DNA of 30,562 nucleotides from a virus (Duplodnaviria; Heunggongvirae; Uroviricota; Caudoviricetes). Location: the IMG/VR virus record IMGVR_UViG_2703718870_000021, one strand, 5' to 3'. The notes under the pieces are model-generated. The model did not search any database and was not told the origin of the DNA. It saw nothing but the letters and a program-made list of their open reading frames with translations. Each line of letters starts with the position of its first letter. Position 1 is the stretch's first letter. Positions 13,926 through 26,458 of the stretch are shown here, in pieces. The translations under genes were made by a program, and so were the position numbers.

Positions 13926-14666
13926 TTAACTGGCGGTGACGTTGATTTCTGCAACCGCAGCAAACTCACCATTACCAGATACGACCGGAATGTTGACCTT
14001 GCCTGCAGCAACACCTTTCACGGTGATGGTCATACCACTGACCGACACGGTGGCTTTTGTTTTATCCGCAGACACCGCACGGAAGCTCTTGTCGGTTGCG
14101 CCCTCCGGCTGGAATGCCACGGTCAGCGTGGTGCTCTGCCCTTTCACTACGGAAGCACTGGCGGGTGTCACCGTCATGCCGGTTGTCGCCGTCACCGTGC
14201 TGCGATCTTCTGCCATCGACGGACGTCCCACATTGGTGACCTTCACCGTGCGGGTGATCACTTCCTTCGCCGTCACCGCCTTACCGATACTGCTGACCCA
14301 GCCACGGAACACATCGACCGTGCCGTTCGGGAAGCGGATTTTATAGGCACGGGTATCACCTTCATTAAACCACGCCAGCAGCGCCTGCTGCCCCTGCTCT
14401 CCGGGCATCCACGCCAGCGTGAAGCTGGTATCTCCGGCAGATTTCTGCCCCTGCCCGGTCGCAGTCCAGTCTGCATCTTCATCATCGAGATAGCTGTCGT
14501 CATAGGACTCAGCGGTCAGTTCGCCGGGCGTCAGGTCTTTAACTTTTGCCAGACGCGACCAGTCAACGTCTGAAAGCGGGTTCGCATAAGGGTCACCGCT
14601 CCCCTTATAAACCCACAGGGTGGTCCCGGCACCTTTCACCGGCATTGTAGGATTTGGTACAGGCAT
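13926..14666 (-). CDS. V: major tail protein V
   Basis: lambda V starts [25 protein letters not shown] at 14666 preceded by GAGGA; the ORF track extends 10 codons upstream into U. Confidence 0.9.
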   Translation of the reverse strand: MPVPNPTMPVKGAGTTLWVYKGSGDPYANPLSDVDWSRLAKVKDLTPGELTAESYDDSYLDDEDADWTATGQGQKSAGDTSFTLAWMPGEQGQQALLAWFNEGDTRAYKIRFPNGTVDVFRGWVSSIGKAVTAKEVITRTVKVTNVGRPSMAEDRSTVTATTGMTVTPASASVVKGQSTTLTVAFQPEGATDKSFRAVSADKTKATVSVSGMTITVKGVAAGKVNIPVVSGNGEFAAVAEINVTAS

Positions 14667-14673
14667 AGCGTCC

Positions 14674-15069
14674 TCACATTTCATAGGTAATGACATAAGT
14701 CAGATCGGCTGAACTCCACAGGCCCGCATCATCGTCGCGCCGGTAGTCATAGCCACTGGCCACCATACTGGTGATCAAATCTGACAGTGCCGGGATATCG
14801 CTCATCACCGGATAAATCCGGGACTCCATCCACGAATCCAGCTCTGAATCCGGCACCTGAGCAGGCAGGAAAACTTCAATATGCAGCTCCGCCTGCCAGG
14901 TATCGCTGTCCAGCTCTTCGCCCGTGTATTCAGCGCCGGTGAGATAAACGGCAATTGCCGGAAAATCTTCCTCATAAAAAACAGCGGGGCGACCATCAAA
15001 AAGCGTCGCCCCGGTGTCATGCTTCTCCAGTGCATCCAGTACGGCTGCACGGAGTTCAGTATGTTTCAT
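14674..15069 (-). CDS. U: tail terminator protein U
   Basis: 131-aa [23 protein letters not shown]..., lambda U length. Confidence 0.9.
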   Translation of the reverse strand: MKHTELRAAVLDALEKHDTGATLFDGRPAVFYEEDFPAIAVYLTGAEYTGEELDSDTWQAELHIEVFLPAQVPDSELDSWMESRIYPVMSDIPALSDLITSMVASGYDYRRDDDAGLWSSADLTYVITYEM

Positions 15070-15644
15070 CGCTTTATTACCATTCTCAGTTGATGCTGCA
15101 GCGCATAGCCCAGCTCTTTCGGAAGACGTTCACGCCGTATCCGTTCAATATTCTGTTTAAACGCCGTGGTAAGCGGCACCGCCATCGGGATTTTCACCAC
15201 ATCAATGGGGTAACGGTTTTTCCCGGCCACACGCTGCATAACATGCCACCGGCCATTTTTCAGTTGCTGAATAAACGCGCCGGGAATACGACGGTTACCC
15301 ACCACAAGCACGCTGCCGCCACCTTTCAGGGATGAACGCTGCCCCTTTTTACGACGCCTGCGGCGGGACAGGACAACCCGCGCATTACCCAGCTTGATTA
15401 CGGGCAAATCCCCCCGGTTAACTTTGATTCTGGCCTGCGGATTTTTGACCGTGGCCCTTTTCAGCCTGGCCCTTTCCTTTACCAGTTTTCGGCGTACCTT
15501 TGTCTCACGGGCAACCTGTGACGCAGACTGCGATATCGCGGATGAAGCAACGCGGTTAATGGTCATTGCGGCGGCACCAGGCACCGCCGTTTTGCTGATA
15601 CGGCTGAGGTTTTCAACGGCCTGCTCAAGACCTTTTATGGCCAT
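15066..15644 (-). CDS. Z: tail completion protein Z
   Basis: 192-aa ORF, lambda Z length and gene-order position. Confidence 0.9.
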   Translation of the reverse strand: MAIKGLEQAVENLSRISKTAVPGAAAMTINRVASSAISQSASQVARETKVRRKLVKERARLKRATVKNPQARIKVNRGDLPVIKLGNARVVLSRRRRRKKGQRSSLKGGGSVLVVGNRRIPGAFIQQLKNGRWHVMQRVAGKNRYPIDVVKIPMAVPLTTAFKQNIERIRRERLPKELGYALQHQLRMVIKR

Positions 15645-16009
15645 ACATCCCCCTTTCCGCGGCGACGGTTAACGGCAGGCGGTACGCCCCGTCCAAGCCA
15701 GAGATGACAACTTCCGCCATCATCCGGCGAAACCCGATCTACCCAGAAATTTTCCTCACCGATGGTCAGCGTGTCTCCACGCCGCAGCTGCCGCACCTCA
15801 TCAGTCCGGACAAACAGGGACGGGCTGGAGCCTTCAACGCGCACGCCCTGTCCGGCATAGCTGATATTTTCAGGGTCATCAAAAACACCACGTATCACCG
15901 CACCTGACTGCTCACCGGATGTAATGGTGGCTGACGTTCCCATGTACCCGCGTATCGTTTCATCGGCGCGGGCAATGGCAGCATCGAACAGGTTATCGAA
16001 ATCAGCCAC
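15635..16009 (-). CDS. FII: head-tail joining protein FII
   Basis: begins MADFDNLFDAAIARADETIRGYMG; GTG start preceded by GGAGG, as I recall for lambda FII. Confidence 0.9.
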   Translation of the reverse strand: MADFDNLFDAAIARADETIRGYMGTSATITSGEQSGAVIRGVFDDPENISYAGQGVRVEGSSPSLFVRTDEVRQLRRGDTLTIGEENFWVDRVSPDDGGSCHLWLGRGVPPAVNRRRGKGDVWP

Positions 16010-16020
16010 AGCGCCTCCCG

Positions 16021-16419
16021 TTATTGCATTCTGGCCAGGCCGCGCTCTGTCATTTCGGCTGCCACACCGGCAGAGACACGAAACGCCGTTCCCGGCAGCA
16101 CAAATGCCACAGGTTCATCCCGCGTGGCGTGAAGTGCATCAGTATGCAGCTTCACCAGTGCCACGACCGTGACCAGTTCAGACGTATCCAGAATCACGGT
16201 ATCCGGCTGCGCTGATCCCACCTCATTTTCATGTCCGGTCAGCACATTTTCCCGGCTGAGAGGGGTGTCCTGACCGGCAGTTTCATCCGTGTCATCAAGC
16301 TCCTCTTCCAGCTCTGCCACACGGAGCGCCAGTTCTTCTTTCGTCCCCGTCAGGCTGACATCACGGTTCAGTTGTTCACCAAGCGAGCGGAGACGGGCAA
16401 TCAGTTCATCTTTCGTCAT
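16021..16419 (-). CDS. FI: DNA packaging protein FI
   Basis: lambda FI begins MTKDELIARLRSLGEQL; ATG at 16419 preceded by GGAGGA; the ORF track extends 13 codons further upstream. Confidence 0.9.
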   Translation of the reverse strand: MTKDELIARLRSLGEQLNRDVSLTGTKEELALRVAELEEELDDTDETAGQDTPLSRENVLTGHENEVGSAQPDTVILDTSELVTVVALVKLHTDALHATRDEPVAFVLPGTAFRVSAGVAAEMTERGLARMQ

Positions 16420-16460
16420 GGACTCCTCCACAGAGAAACAATGGCCCCGAAGGGCCATGA

Positions 16461-17486
16461 TTACGCCAGTTGTACGGACACGAACTCATCAGGGTCAGCC
16501 AGCAGCATCAGCGGTGCTGACTGAATCATGGTGAACTCACGCGCCGGATCGCCGGTGGTCACCCAGTTTTTCGGGTAACGGGCAGAGGCGTTAATGCCTT
16601 CGCGCTGTGCGTCCGCATCCTGAATGCAGCCATAGGTGCGCAGACCGCGTGCCTGAGTGTTCCCCAGCACCATCGTGTTGTCCGGCAGGAAGTTCTTTTT
16701 GACGCCGTTTTCCACGTACTGTCCGGAATACACGACGATGGCCACATCGCCATACATCCCCTTATAGGACACCGCTTTACCTAGGTCTTTCACCGCTGTC
16801 TCCAGCTCGGAATTAGAGCCACGACGGGTATCCAGCTTCTCCTTGACGGCTTTGAAGGAACGGAACAGCGCCCAGCCTTTCGGATCGAACACGATGATAT
16901 TCACCACACCGCTGGCGTTCAGCGCGTAGGCTTCGATATCGTCGGTCGGGTCATACGTGGACTTGTCACGCTTGCTCCACTCCGTGCCGCCGGACTGCGT
17001 GATGTTATTCTCCTCACTGCGGCCCATATCCACCTCAACCGGATCGAAGGCTTCACCGGTCATGGTGTATTTGCCCTTAAGCACGGCAGAAACTGCCTGC
17101 ATCTCTTCGACCTGAGCAATGGCCAGCTCTTCGTCACGCATGTTCTGCATGATGATGCGACGGCGGCGGTAAGCCGGGTCCGCCAGATTCTGCGGATCTT
17201 CATCCGGCAGGCGACGCAGGGTCATCTGCGGATTCACTTCATGCTTCGGCTTGACATATCCCGGCGTAAATTCAGAGGTGGAGCCGCCACGGGAACGGAT
17301 AACCTCACCGGAAACAATCGGCGAAACGTACAGCGCCATGTTTACCAGTCCCGGAATTTGTGAGAGATAGACTTTCTCCGTGGTGAAGGGATAGCTCTCA
17401 CGGAAAAAGAGACGCAGAAACAGCGGATCAAACTTAAATTTCTGCTCATTTGCCGCCAGCAGCTGGGCTGTTGTGTACATCGACAT
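16461..17486 (-). CDS. E: major capsid protein E
   Basis: lambda E begins MSMYTTAQLLAANEQKFKFDPLFLRLF; ATG at 17486 (341 aa). Confidence 0.95.
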   Translation of the reverse strand: MSMYTTAQLLAANEQKFKFDPLFLRLFFRESYPFTTEKVYLSQIPGLVNMALYVSPIVSGEVIRSRGGSTSEFTPGYVKPKHEVNPQMTLRRLPDEDPQNLADPAYRRRRIIMQNMRDEELAIAQVEEMQAVSAVLKGKYTMTGEAFDPVEVDMGRSEENNITQSGGTEWSKRDKSTYDPTDDIEAYALNASGVVNIIVFDPKGWALFRSFKAVKEKLDTRRGSNSELETAVKDLGKAVSYKGMYGDVAIVVYSGQYVENGVKKNFLPDNTMVLGNTQARGLRTYGCIQDADAQREGINASARYPKNWVTTGDPAREFTMIQSAPLMLLADPDEFVSVQLA

Positions 17487-17499
17487 AAAAAAATCCCGT

Positions 17500-17520
17500 A
17501 AAAAAAGCCGCACAGGCGGC
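17500..17520 (-). terminator. short GC hairpin plus U7 between D and E (terminator-like)
   Basis: minus strand GCCGC-CUGU-GCGGC followed by UUUUUUU (plus-strand A-run 17500-17506), about 20 nt after the D stop. Confidence 0.35.
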
Positions 17521-17541
17521 CTTTAGTGATGAAGGGTAAAG

Positions 17542-17874
17542 TTAAACGATGCTGATTGCCGTTCCGGCAAACGCGGTCCGTTTTTTCGTCTCGTCGCTGG
17601 CAGCCTCCGGCCAGAGCACATCCTCATAACGGAACGTGCCGGACTTGTAGAACGTCAGCGTGGTGCTGGTCTGGTCAGCAGCAACCGCAAGAATGCCAAC
17701 GGCAGCACCGTCGGTGGTGCCATCCCACGCAACCAGCTTACGGCTGGAGGTGTCCAGCATCAGCGGGGTCATTGCAGGCGCTTTCGCACTCAATCCGCCG
17801 GGCGCGGTTGCGGTATGAGCCGGGTCACTGTTGCCCAGCGGCTGGTAATGGGTAAAGGTTTCTTTGCTCGTCAT
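17542..17874 (-). CDS. D: capsid decoration protein D
   Basis: lambda D begins [12 protein letters not shown]; second ATG at 17874 preceded by AAGGGA. Confidence 0.9.
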   Translation of the reverse strand: MTSKETFTHYQPLGNSDPAHTATAPGGLSAKAPAMTPLMLDTSSRKLVAWDGTTDGAAVGILAVAADQTSTTLTFYKSGTFRYEDVLWPEAASDETKKRTAFAGTAISIV

Positions 17875-17883
17875 AAACATCCC

Positions 17884-18489
17884 TTACACTGGTGTGTTCA
17901 GCAAATCGTTAACGGCATCAGATGCCGGGTTACCTGCAGCCAGCGGTGCCGGTGCCCCCTGCATCAGACGATCCAGCGCAGTGTCACTGCGCGCCTGTGC
18001 ACTCTGTGGTGCAACTGCCAGAATGCGGCGGGCCGTTTCCACGGTCATACCGGGGGTTTCGGCCAGCACGCGTGCCTGTTCTTCGCGTCCGTGAGCCTCC
18101 TCACAGTTGAGGATCCCCATAATGCGACTGTTTTCTGCCGCAACCGCTGCGGTGATCTGCGCGTTCACGTCCGGCTGCGCAGCGCTGGCGTTCTCGCCCT
18201 CCGTCGCTTGCACCACGCCAGTAACGTCAGCCTGCGAAGCAGTGGCTGAAACAGTTGTTGATTGAGTCTCTTTGGTCATTCGCCCTCCTGAGAGACGGGA
18301 TTTACGTGCATCCAGTGCATCACGCATGACGGTGATCGCATCGGTACTGTTAACAAGTTCATCAGCCAGTCCGGCATCAATGGCCTCCTGACCGCTGTAC
18401 ACTGCAGCCTCGGTATCCAGCACAGCCTGCACGGACAGGCCGGTATATGCCGACACCTTCTGTGCAAACATCCGGCGGGTTGCATCCAT
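17884..18489 (-). CDS. Nu3: scaffolding protein Nu3, nested in-frame in the 3' third of C
   Basis: in-frame internal ATG at 18489 gives MDATRRMFAQKVSAYTG..., 201 codons to the shared stop, the same arrangement as lambda C/Nu3. Confidence 0.6.
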   Translation of the reverse strand: MDATRRMFAQKVSAYTGLSVQAVLDTEAAVYSGQEAIDAGLADELVNSTDAITVMRDALDARKSRLSGGRMTKETQSTTVSATASQADVTGVVQATEGENASAAQPDVNAQITAAVAAENSRIMGILNCEEAHGREEQARVLAETPGMTVETARRILAVAPQSAQARSDTALDRLMQGAPAPLAAGNPASDAVNDLLNTPV

Positions 18490-19183
18490 CCGGGACTGCA
18501 GTGTTTCCCGGACATCATCCGGTAGATGGCTGTAGGGGTTGCCATCCACCTTATGGCTGCCGCTGTAAATCAGCGTGATTTCCACGCCCTGTTTCTCCAG
18601 CGCAGCACCGTAATTACTGTGAGCCATCATGACGCCGATGGAGCCTGTCCGGGCGGTCTGCGTGACCAGACGTCGGGAGGCGGCGCTGGCAAGCAACTGA
18701 CCTGCACTGCAGTTCATGTCGTTGGCCAGCGCCCATACCGGCTTTATGTCACGCACACGGGCGATGATGTCAGCGCAGTCAAATGCCCCTGCCACCATCC
18801 CGCCTGGCGTATCCATATCGAGCAGAATGCCGTCCACCATCGGGTCGCTGGCAGCCTGTTGCAGACGGGCGATAATGCCGTTGTAACCGGTCATCCCCGA
18901 ATACGGCTGCAGCGCCCGCGTCCGACTGACCAGCGTGCCGGACACCGGCAGCACGGCGATGCCGTTCATGACCTGATAACTGCGGGCCTGTCGTGGTCCG
19001 TCATCATCAACGGATAACGCCAGCGCCGCGGGTGCCTCTCCGGCAGTCAGGCTGTCGCCGGATACCGCATCCGTCAGGCGGCTGATCCCAAGCTGGCCTG
19101 CAAGCGCACAAAAGAAAACCCGCGCATAGGCGGGTTCAAGCATCAGCGGCTCATTAAAGGCCATACTGGCAATATGCGGGAGA

Positions 19184-19203
<20 letters not shown>
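17884..19203 (-). CDS. C: capsid assembly protease C
   Basis: sequence TAELRNLPHIASMAFNEPLMLEPAYARVFF... matches lambda C; start placed at the GTG at 19203 (preceded by GAGGAGGAGAAGA), giving the lambda-like 20-nt overlap with the end of B. Confidence 0.85.
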
Positions 19204-22884
<3,681 letters not shown>

Positions 22885-22910
<26 letters not shown>

Positions 22911-23430
22911 TCAGCAACCCCGGTATCAGTTCATCCAGCGCGGCTGCTTTGTTCATGGCTTTGATGATATCCCGTTTCAGGAAATCAACATGTCGGTTTT
23001 CCAGTTCCGGAAAACGCCGCTGCACCGACAGGGGGATCCCGTCGAGAATACTGGCAATTTCACCTGCGATCCGCGACAGCACGAAAGTACAGAATGCGGT
23101 TTCCACCACTTCAGCGGAGTCTCTGGCATTTTTCAGCTCCTGTGCGTCGGCCTGCGCACGCGTAAGTCGATGGCGTTCGTACTCAATAGTCCCTGGCTGG
23201 AGATCTGTCTCGCTGGCCTGCCGCAGTTCTTCAACTTCCCGGCGCAGCTTTTCGTTCTCAATTTCAGCATCCCTTTCGGCATACCATTTTATGACGGCGG
23301 CAGAGTCATAAAGCACCTCATTACCCTTGCCACCGCCTCGCAGAACGGGCATTCCCTGTTCCTGCCAGTTCTGAATGGTACGGATACTCGCACCGAAAAT
23401 GTCAGCCAGCTGCTTTTTGTTGACTTCCAT
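22885..23430 (-). CDS. Nu1: terminase small subunit Nu1
   Basis: 181-aa ORF MEVNKKQLADIFGASIRTIQNWQEQGMPV... (HTH); lies immediately downstream of cos. Confidence 0.95.
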
Positions 23431-23640
23431 TGTTCATTCCACGGACAAAAACAGAGAAAGGAAACGACAGAGGCCAAAAAGCTCGCTTTCAGCACCTGTC
23501 GTTTCCTTTCTTTTCAGAGGGTATTTTAAATAAAAACATTAAGTTATGACGAAGAAGAACGGAAACGCCTTAAACCGGAAAATTTTCATAAATAGCGAAA
23601 ACCCGCGAGGTCGCCGCCCCGTAACCTGTCGGATCGCCGG
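23431..23640. other. cos: cos packaging site: cosB between Nu1 and cosN; cosN cohesive-end sequence at 23608-23619; cosQ-side flank to 23640
   Basis: plus strand aggtcgccgccc at 23608-23619 is the reverse complement of the lambda 12-nt cohesive end GGGCGGCGACCT; flanking CGCGGGTTTTCGCTATTTATGAAAATT and CCGACAGGTTACG match what I recall of the lambda genome termini. Confidence 0.85.
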
Positions 23641-23655
23641 AAAGGACCCGCAAAA

Positions 23656-23670
23656 TGATAATAATTATCA
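23656..23670. promoter_or_regulatory. perfect 7-1-7 palindrome TGATAATAATTATCA (Fur-box-like)
   Basis: 15-nt palindrome seen directly; matches the TGATAATnATTATCA Fur operator consensus; function unproven. Confidence 0.35.
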
Positions 23671-23818
23671 TCTACATGTCACAACGTGCATCTACGCCAT
23701 CAAACCACGTCAAATAATCAATTATGACGCAGGTATCGTATTAATTGATCTGCATCAACTTAACGTAAAAACAACTTCAGACAATACAAATCAGCGACAC
23801 TGAATACGGGGCAACCTC

Positions 23819-24013
23819 ATGTCAACGAAGAACAGAACCCGCAGAACAACAACCCGCAACATCCGCTTTCCTAACCAAATGATTGAACAAATTAACATCG
23901 CTCTTGAGCAAAAAGGGTCTGGGAATTTCTCAGCCTGGGTCATTGAAGCCTGCCGTCGGAGACTAACGTCAGAAAAGAGAGCATATACATCAATCCAAAG
24001 TGATGATGGATGA
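23819..24013 (+). CDS. ylcI: small DUF3950/YlcI-like protein, predicted ribbon-helix-helix fold
   Basis: 64-aa ORF MSTKNRTRRTTTRNIRFPNQMIEQINIALEQKGSGNFSAWVIEACRRRL...; beta-strand (NIRFP) then two helices pattern typical of Arc/CopG-type RHH proteins; recognised as near-identical to YlcI of prophage DLP12. Confidence 0.7.
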   Translation: MSTKNRTRRTTTRNIRFPNQMIEQINIALEQKGSGNFSAWVIEACRRRLTSEKRAYTSIQSDDG

Positions 24014-24373
24014 ACATCCCGGTTTCTTCCACCATCGCACCGGAAAAGCGACTATGAGGGTAACCCTGCGTCTGTCAGCACAGTAAAACCCGGTGTGCAT
24101 CGTTTTTGATTATTCCCGCACACTCACGCAGAAGGAATTCCCCGTCGGGCTACGGTCATGGTTAATGCGGGAATACGGCGACGATACAGCGCAGCTAAAA
24201 GGGTAATGGACAGATAGAGCGGTTTATTTCATTCCACAGGATTCTGAGTGCCCCCCCTCCTCCAATAGGCTGAGCATCCACCTATATAGTTTTAATTTTC
24301 ATCAATCCATTTAACTATCGTTTAATTGTTGTCACATAGGATTCTGCCGTTTTTAACAATGCAGGATAATAAG

Positions 24374-24667
24374 ATGAAAAAAATGTTGTTTTCTGCCGCT
24401 CTGGCAATGCTTATTACAGGATGTGCTCAACAGACGTTTACTGTTGGAAACAAACCGACAGCAGTAACACCAAAGGAAACCATCACCCATCATTTCTTCG
24501 TTTCGGGAATTGGACAGGAGAAAACTGTTGATGCAGCCAAAATTTGTGGCGGCGCAGAAAATGTTGTTAAAACAGAAACCCAGCAAACATTCGTAAATGG
24601 ATTTCTCGGTTTTATTACTTTAGGCATTTATACTCCGCTGGAAGCGCGTGTGTATTGCTCACAATAA
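24374..24667 (+). CDS. bor: Bor lipoprotein (serum-resistance-associated)
   Basis: 97-aa product MKKMLFSAALAMLITGCAQQTFTV... with lipobox LITGC; recognised as near-identical to lambda Bor; ORF track extends upstream to 24326. Confidence 0.9.
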   Translation: MKKMLFSAALAMLITGCAQQTFTVGNKPTAVTPKETITHHFFVSGIGQEKTVDAAKICGGAENVVKTETQQTFVNGFLGFITLGIYTPLEARVYCSQ

Positions 24668-24698
24668 TTGCATGAGTTGCCCATCGATATGGGCAGCT

Positions 24699-25160
24699 CT
24701 ATCTGCACTGCTCATTAATATACTTCTGGGTTCCTTCCAGTTGTTTTTGCATAGTGATCAGCCTCTCTCTGAGGGTGAAATAATCCCGTTCAGCGGTGTC
24801 TGCCAGTCGGGGGGAGGCTGCATTATCCACGCCGGAGGCGGTGGTGGCTTCACGCACTGACTGACAGACTGCTTTGATGTGCAACCGACGACGACCAGCG
24901 GCAACATCATCACGCAGAGCATCATTTTCAGCTTTCGCATCAGCTAACTCCTTCGTGTATTTTGCATTGAGCGCAGCAACATCACGCTGACGCATCTGCA
25001 TGTCAGTAATTGCCGCGTTCGCCAGCTTCAGTTCTCTGGCATTTTTGTCGCGCTGGGCTTTGTAGGTAATGGCGTTATCACGGTAATGATTAACAGCCCA
25101 TGACAGGCAGACGATGATGCAGATAACCAGAGCGGAGATAATCGCGGTTACTCTGTTCAT
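24699..25160 (-). CDS. Rz: spanin inner-membrane subunit Rz
   Basis: [44 protein letters not shown]... matches lambda Rz; ATG overlaps the R stop (ATGA). Confidence 0.9.
   Translation of the reverse strand: MNRVTAIISALVICIIVCLSWAVNHYRDNAITYKAQRDKNARELKLANAAITDMQMRQRDVAALNAKYTKELADAKAENDALRDDVAAGRRRLHIKAVCQSVREATTASGVDNAASPRLADTAERDYFTLRERLITMQKQLEGTQKYINEQCR
24758..24940 (-). CDS. Rz1: spanin outer-membrane lipoprotein Rz1, embedded in the +1 frame of Rz
   Basis: 60-aa [41 protein letters not shown]... with lipobox and proline-rich segment. Confidence 0.85.
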   Translation of the reverse strand: MRKLKMMLCVMMLPLVVVGCTSKQSVSQCVKPPPPPAWIMQPPPDWQTPLNGIISPSERG

Positions 25161-25654
25161 TGCTGACCCCACAAACAGATTTCACGCTCAATCTCACGAC
25201 GAGTCATGAGACCTTTCCATTGCTTACCGCCAGCATATGTCCAGCGACGTAGCTGATCACATGCGCCTTTGATATCGCCCTGGTTTATTTTGCGAAGAAG
25301 CGTCGATGTTCTGAAATTGCCAGCACCCACGTTGTAAACGAATGAGTAAAGAGCGCCGCGCATTGTTTCCGGTATATCGACTTTGATGTACGGGTTAATT
25401 TGTCTGGCGACCGTGGCAAGGTCTTTATTCAGGAGGGCTTTGCATTCTGCTTTGGTATACGTTTTACCGAGCATGATGTCTTTTCCTGTATGCCCGTGAC
25501 ATACAGTCCATACACCAACAATATCTTTGTATGGTATGTAGCTGACACCTTCCAGACCATCGTTACCACTTGGGCCAGTGATTAACACTGATGCTATAGC
25601 AATTGCTCCGCCACCAATAGCAGCAGCAACGGCTTTTCGTAATGATGGAGGCAT
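25157..25654 (-). CDS. R: SAR endolysin (T4-lysozyme-type muramidase, phage 21 R-like)
   Basis: 165-aa ORF; N-terminal Gly/Ala-rich weakly hydrophobic segment [20 protein letters not shown] (signal-anchor-release type) then lysozyme-like domain; not the lambda R transglycosylase. Confidence 0.9.
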   Translation of the reverse strand: MPPSLRKAVAAAIGGGAIAIASVLITGPSGNDGLEGVSYIPYKDIVGVWTVCHGHTGKDIMLGKTYTKAECKALLNKDLATVARQINPYIKVDIPETMRGALYSFVYNVGAGNFRTSTLLRKINQGDIKGACDQLRRWTYAGGKQWKGLMTRREIEREICLWGQQ

Positions 25655-25869
25655 TATTCACCTCTCGCAGCCTTGCGCTTATCTTCTTTAATCTTGAAAT
25701 AAAGGTTTGTCAGGTACGTCAGCAGGCCAAATACCAGGCTACCCAGCACACCTATTGCTGCCCACTGTGAGGGCGTGACTTTATCGAGCAGCTGTAAAAA
25801 CCAGTAACCGGCACTACCTGCTGAGGTGCCATAGGCGACACCCGTTGTTAACTTATCCATGGATTTCAT
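25654..25869 (-). CDS. S: class II pinholin (phage 21 S-like) with dual-start motif
   Basis: starts [28 protein letters not shown]... (Met1 antiholin, Met4 holin); two TMDs; GAGGTG SD before the ATG at 25869; the ORF track extends 15 codons upstream. Confidence 0.9.
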
Positions 25870-25995
25870 AACCCCACCTCGCAGACAAAGCGGGTGTAAA
25901 TTGAGGGAATACAACGTATCGCAAAAAAGCAGAAACGTAACAGACTCGGAGTCAGTGAATAACTCAGGTATTGGGTTATCAGCTAATATCGAGAC

Positions 25996-26030
25996 TCAAA
26001 AAATGGAAAAACCCGCTCGACGGCGGGTTT
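25996..26030 (-). terminator. intrinsic terminator on the late-operon strand upstream of S (candidate tR')
   Basis: minus strand AAACCCGC-CGUCGA-GCGGGUUU followed by UUCCAUUUUUU. Confidence 0.45.
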
Positions 26031-26458
26031 AAGCTGTGTGACGAAGTAACCACTCTTAACAGCATAACCAATTTTTTACGTACGTAAACCACAAAATGAT
26101 ATTTGCGAGAATGCTACCGAGTATTGAAAACACCACTACAAACACATAAGAAAATCTCAACAAATAACCAACAAATAATTTCCAGTGTTATTTTTAGCCG
26201 ATTTAAATTGAACCTTCAAATTACAGAGCACTTATAAATAACAGCCGTTAATATAAATTGGCTAATAGATTTATTTTTATTCAGCCAAGATCCATGAATA
26301 GGATTCGATAGAAAAAAGTTCAGATAAAAATAGAGATCTACTTCACAAATCAAACGAGAAACCAAAACTTACATCTTGAAATAATCACATTGATTAGATG
26401 AATATTTATCGCGCAGTGACATCATTTTTTAATAATAGTTCAAAAAAAAGGGCTCACG
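26031..26458. promoter_or_regulatory. AT-rich intergenic control region upstream of the porin gene (porin promoter; possibly also the late promoter on the opposite strand)
   Basis: about 430 bp of strongly AT-rich non-coding DNA between the divergent S and porin starts; exact promoter elements not resolved. Confidence 0.4.

Noticed and set aside
23431-23818. Specific -35/-10 promoter call for the ylcI-like ORF
   Set aside because: Several weak candidates (for example TTGATC near 23747) but none with a convincing -10 at correct spacing; not called
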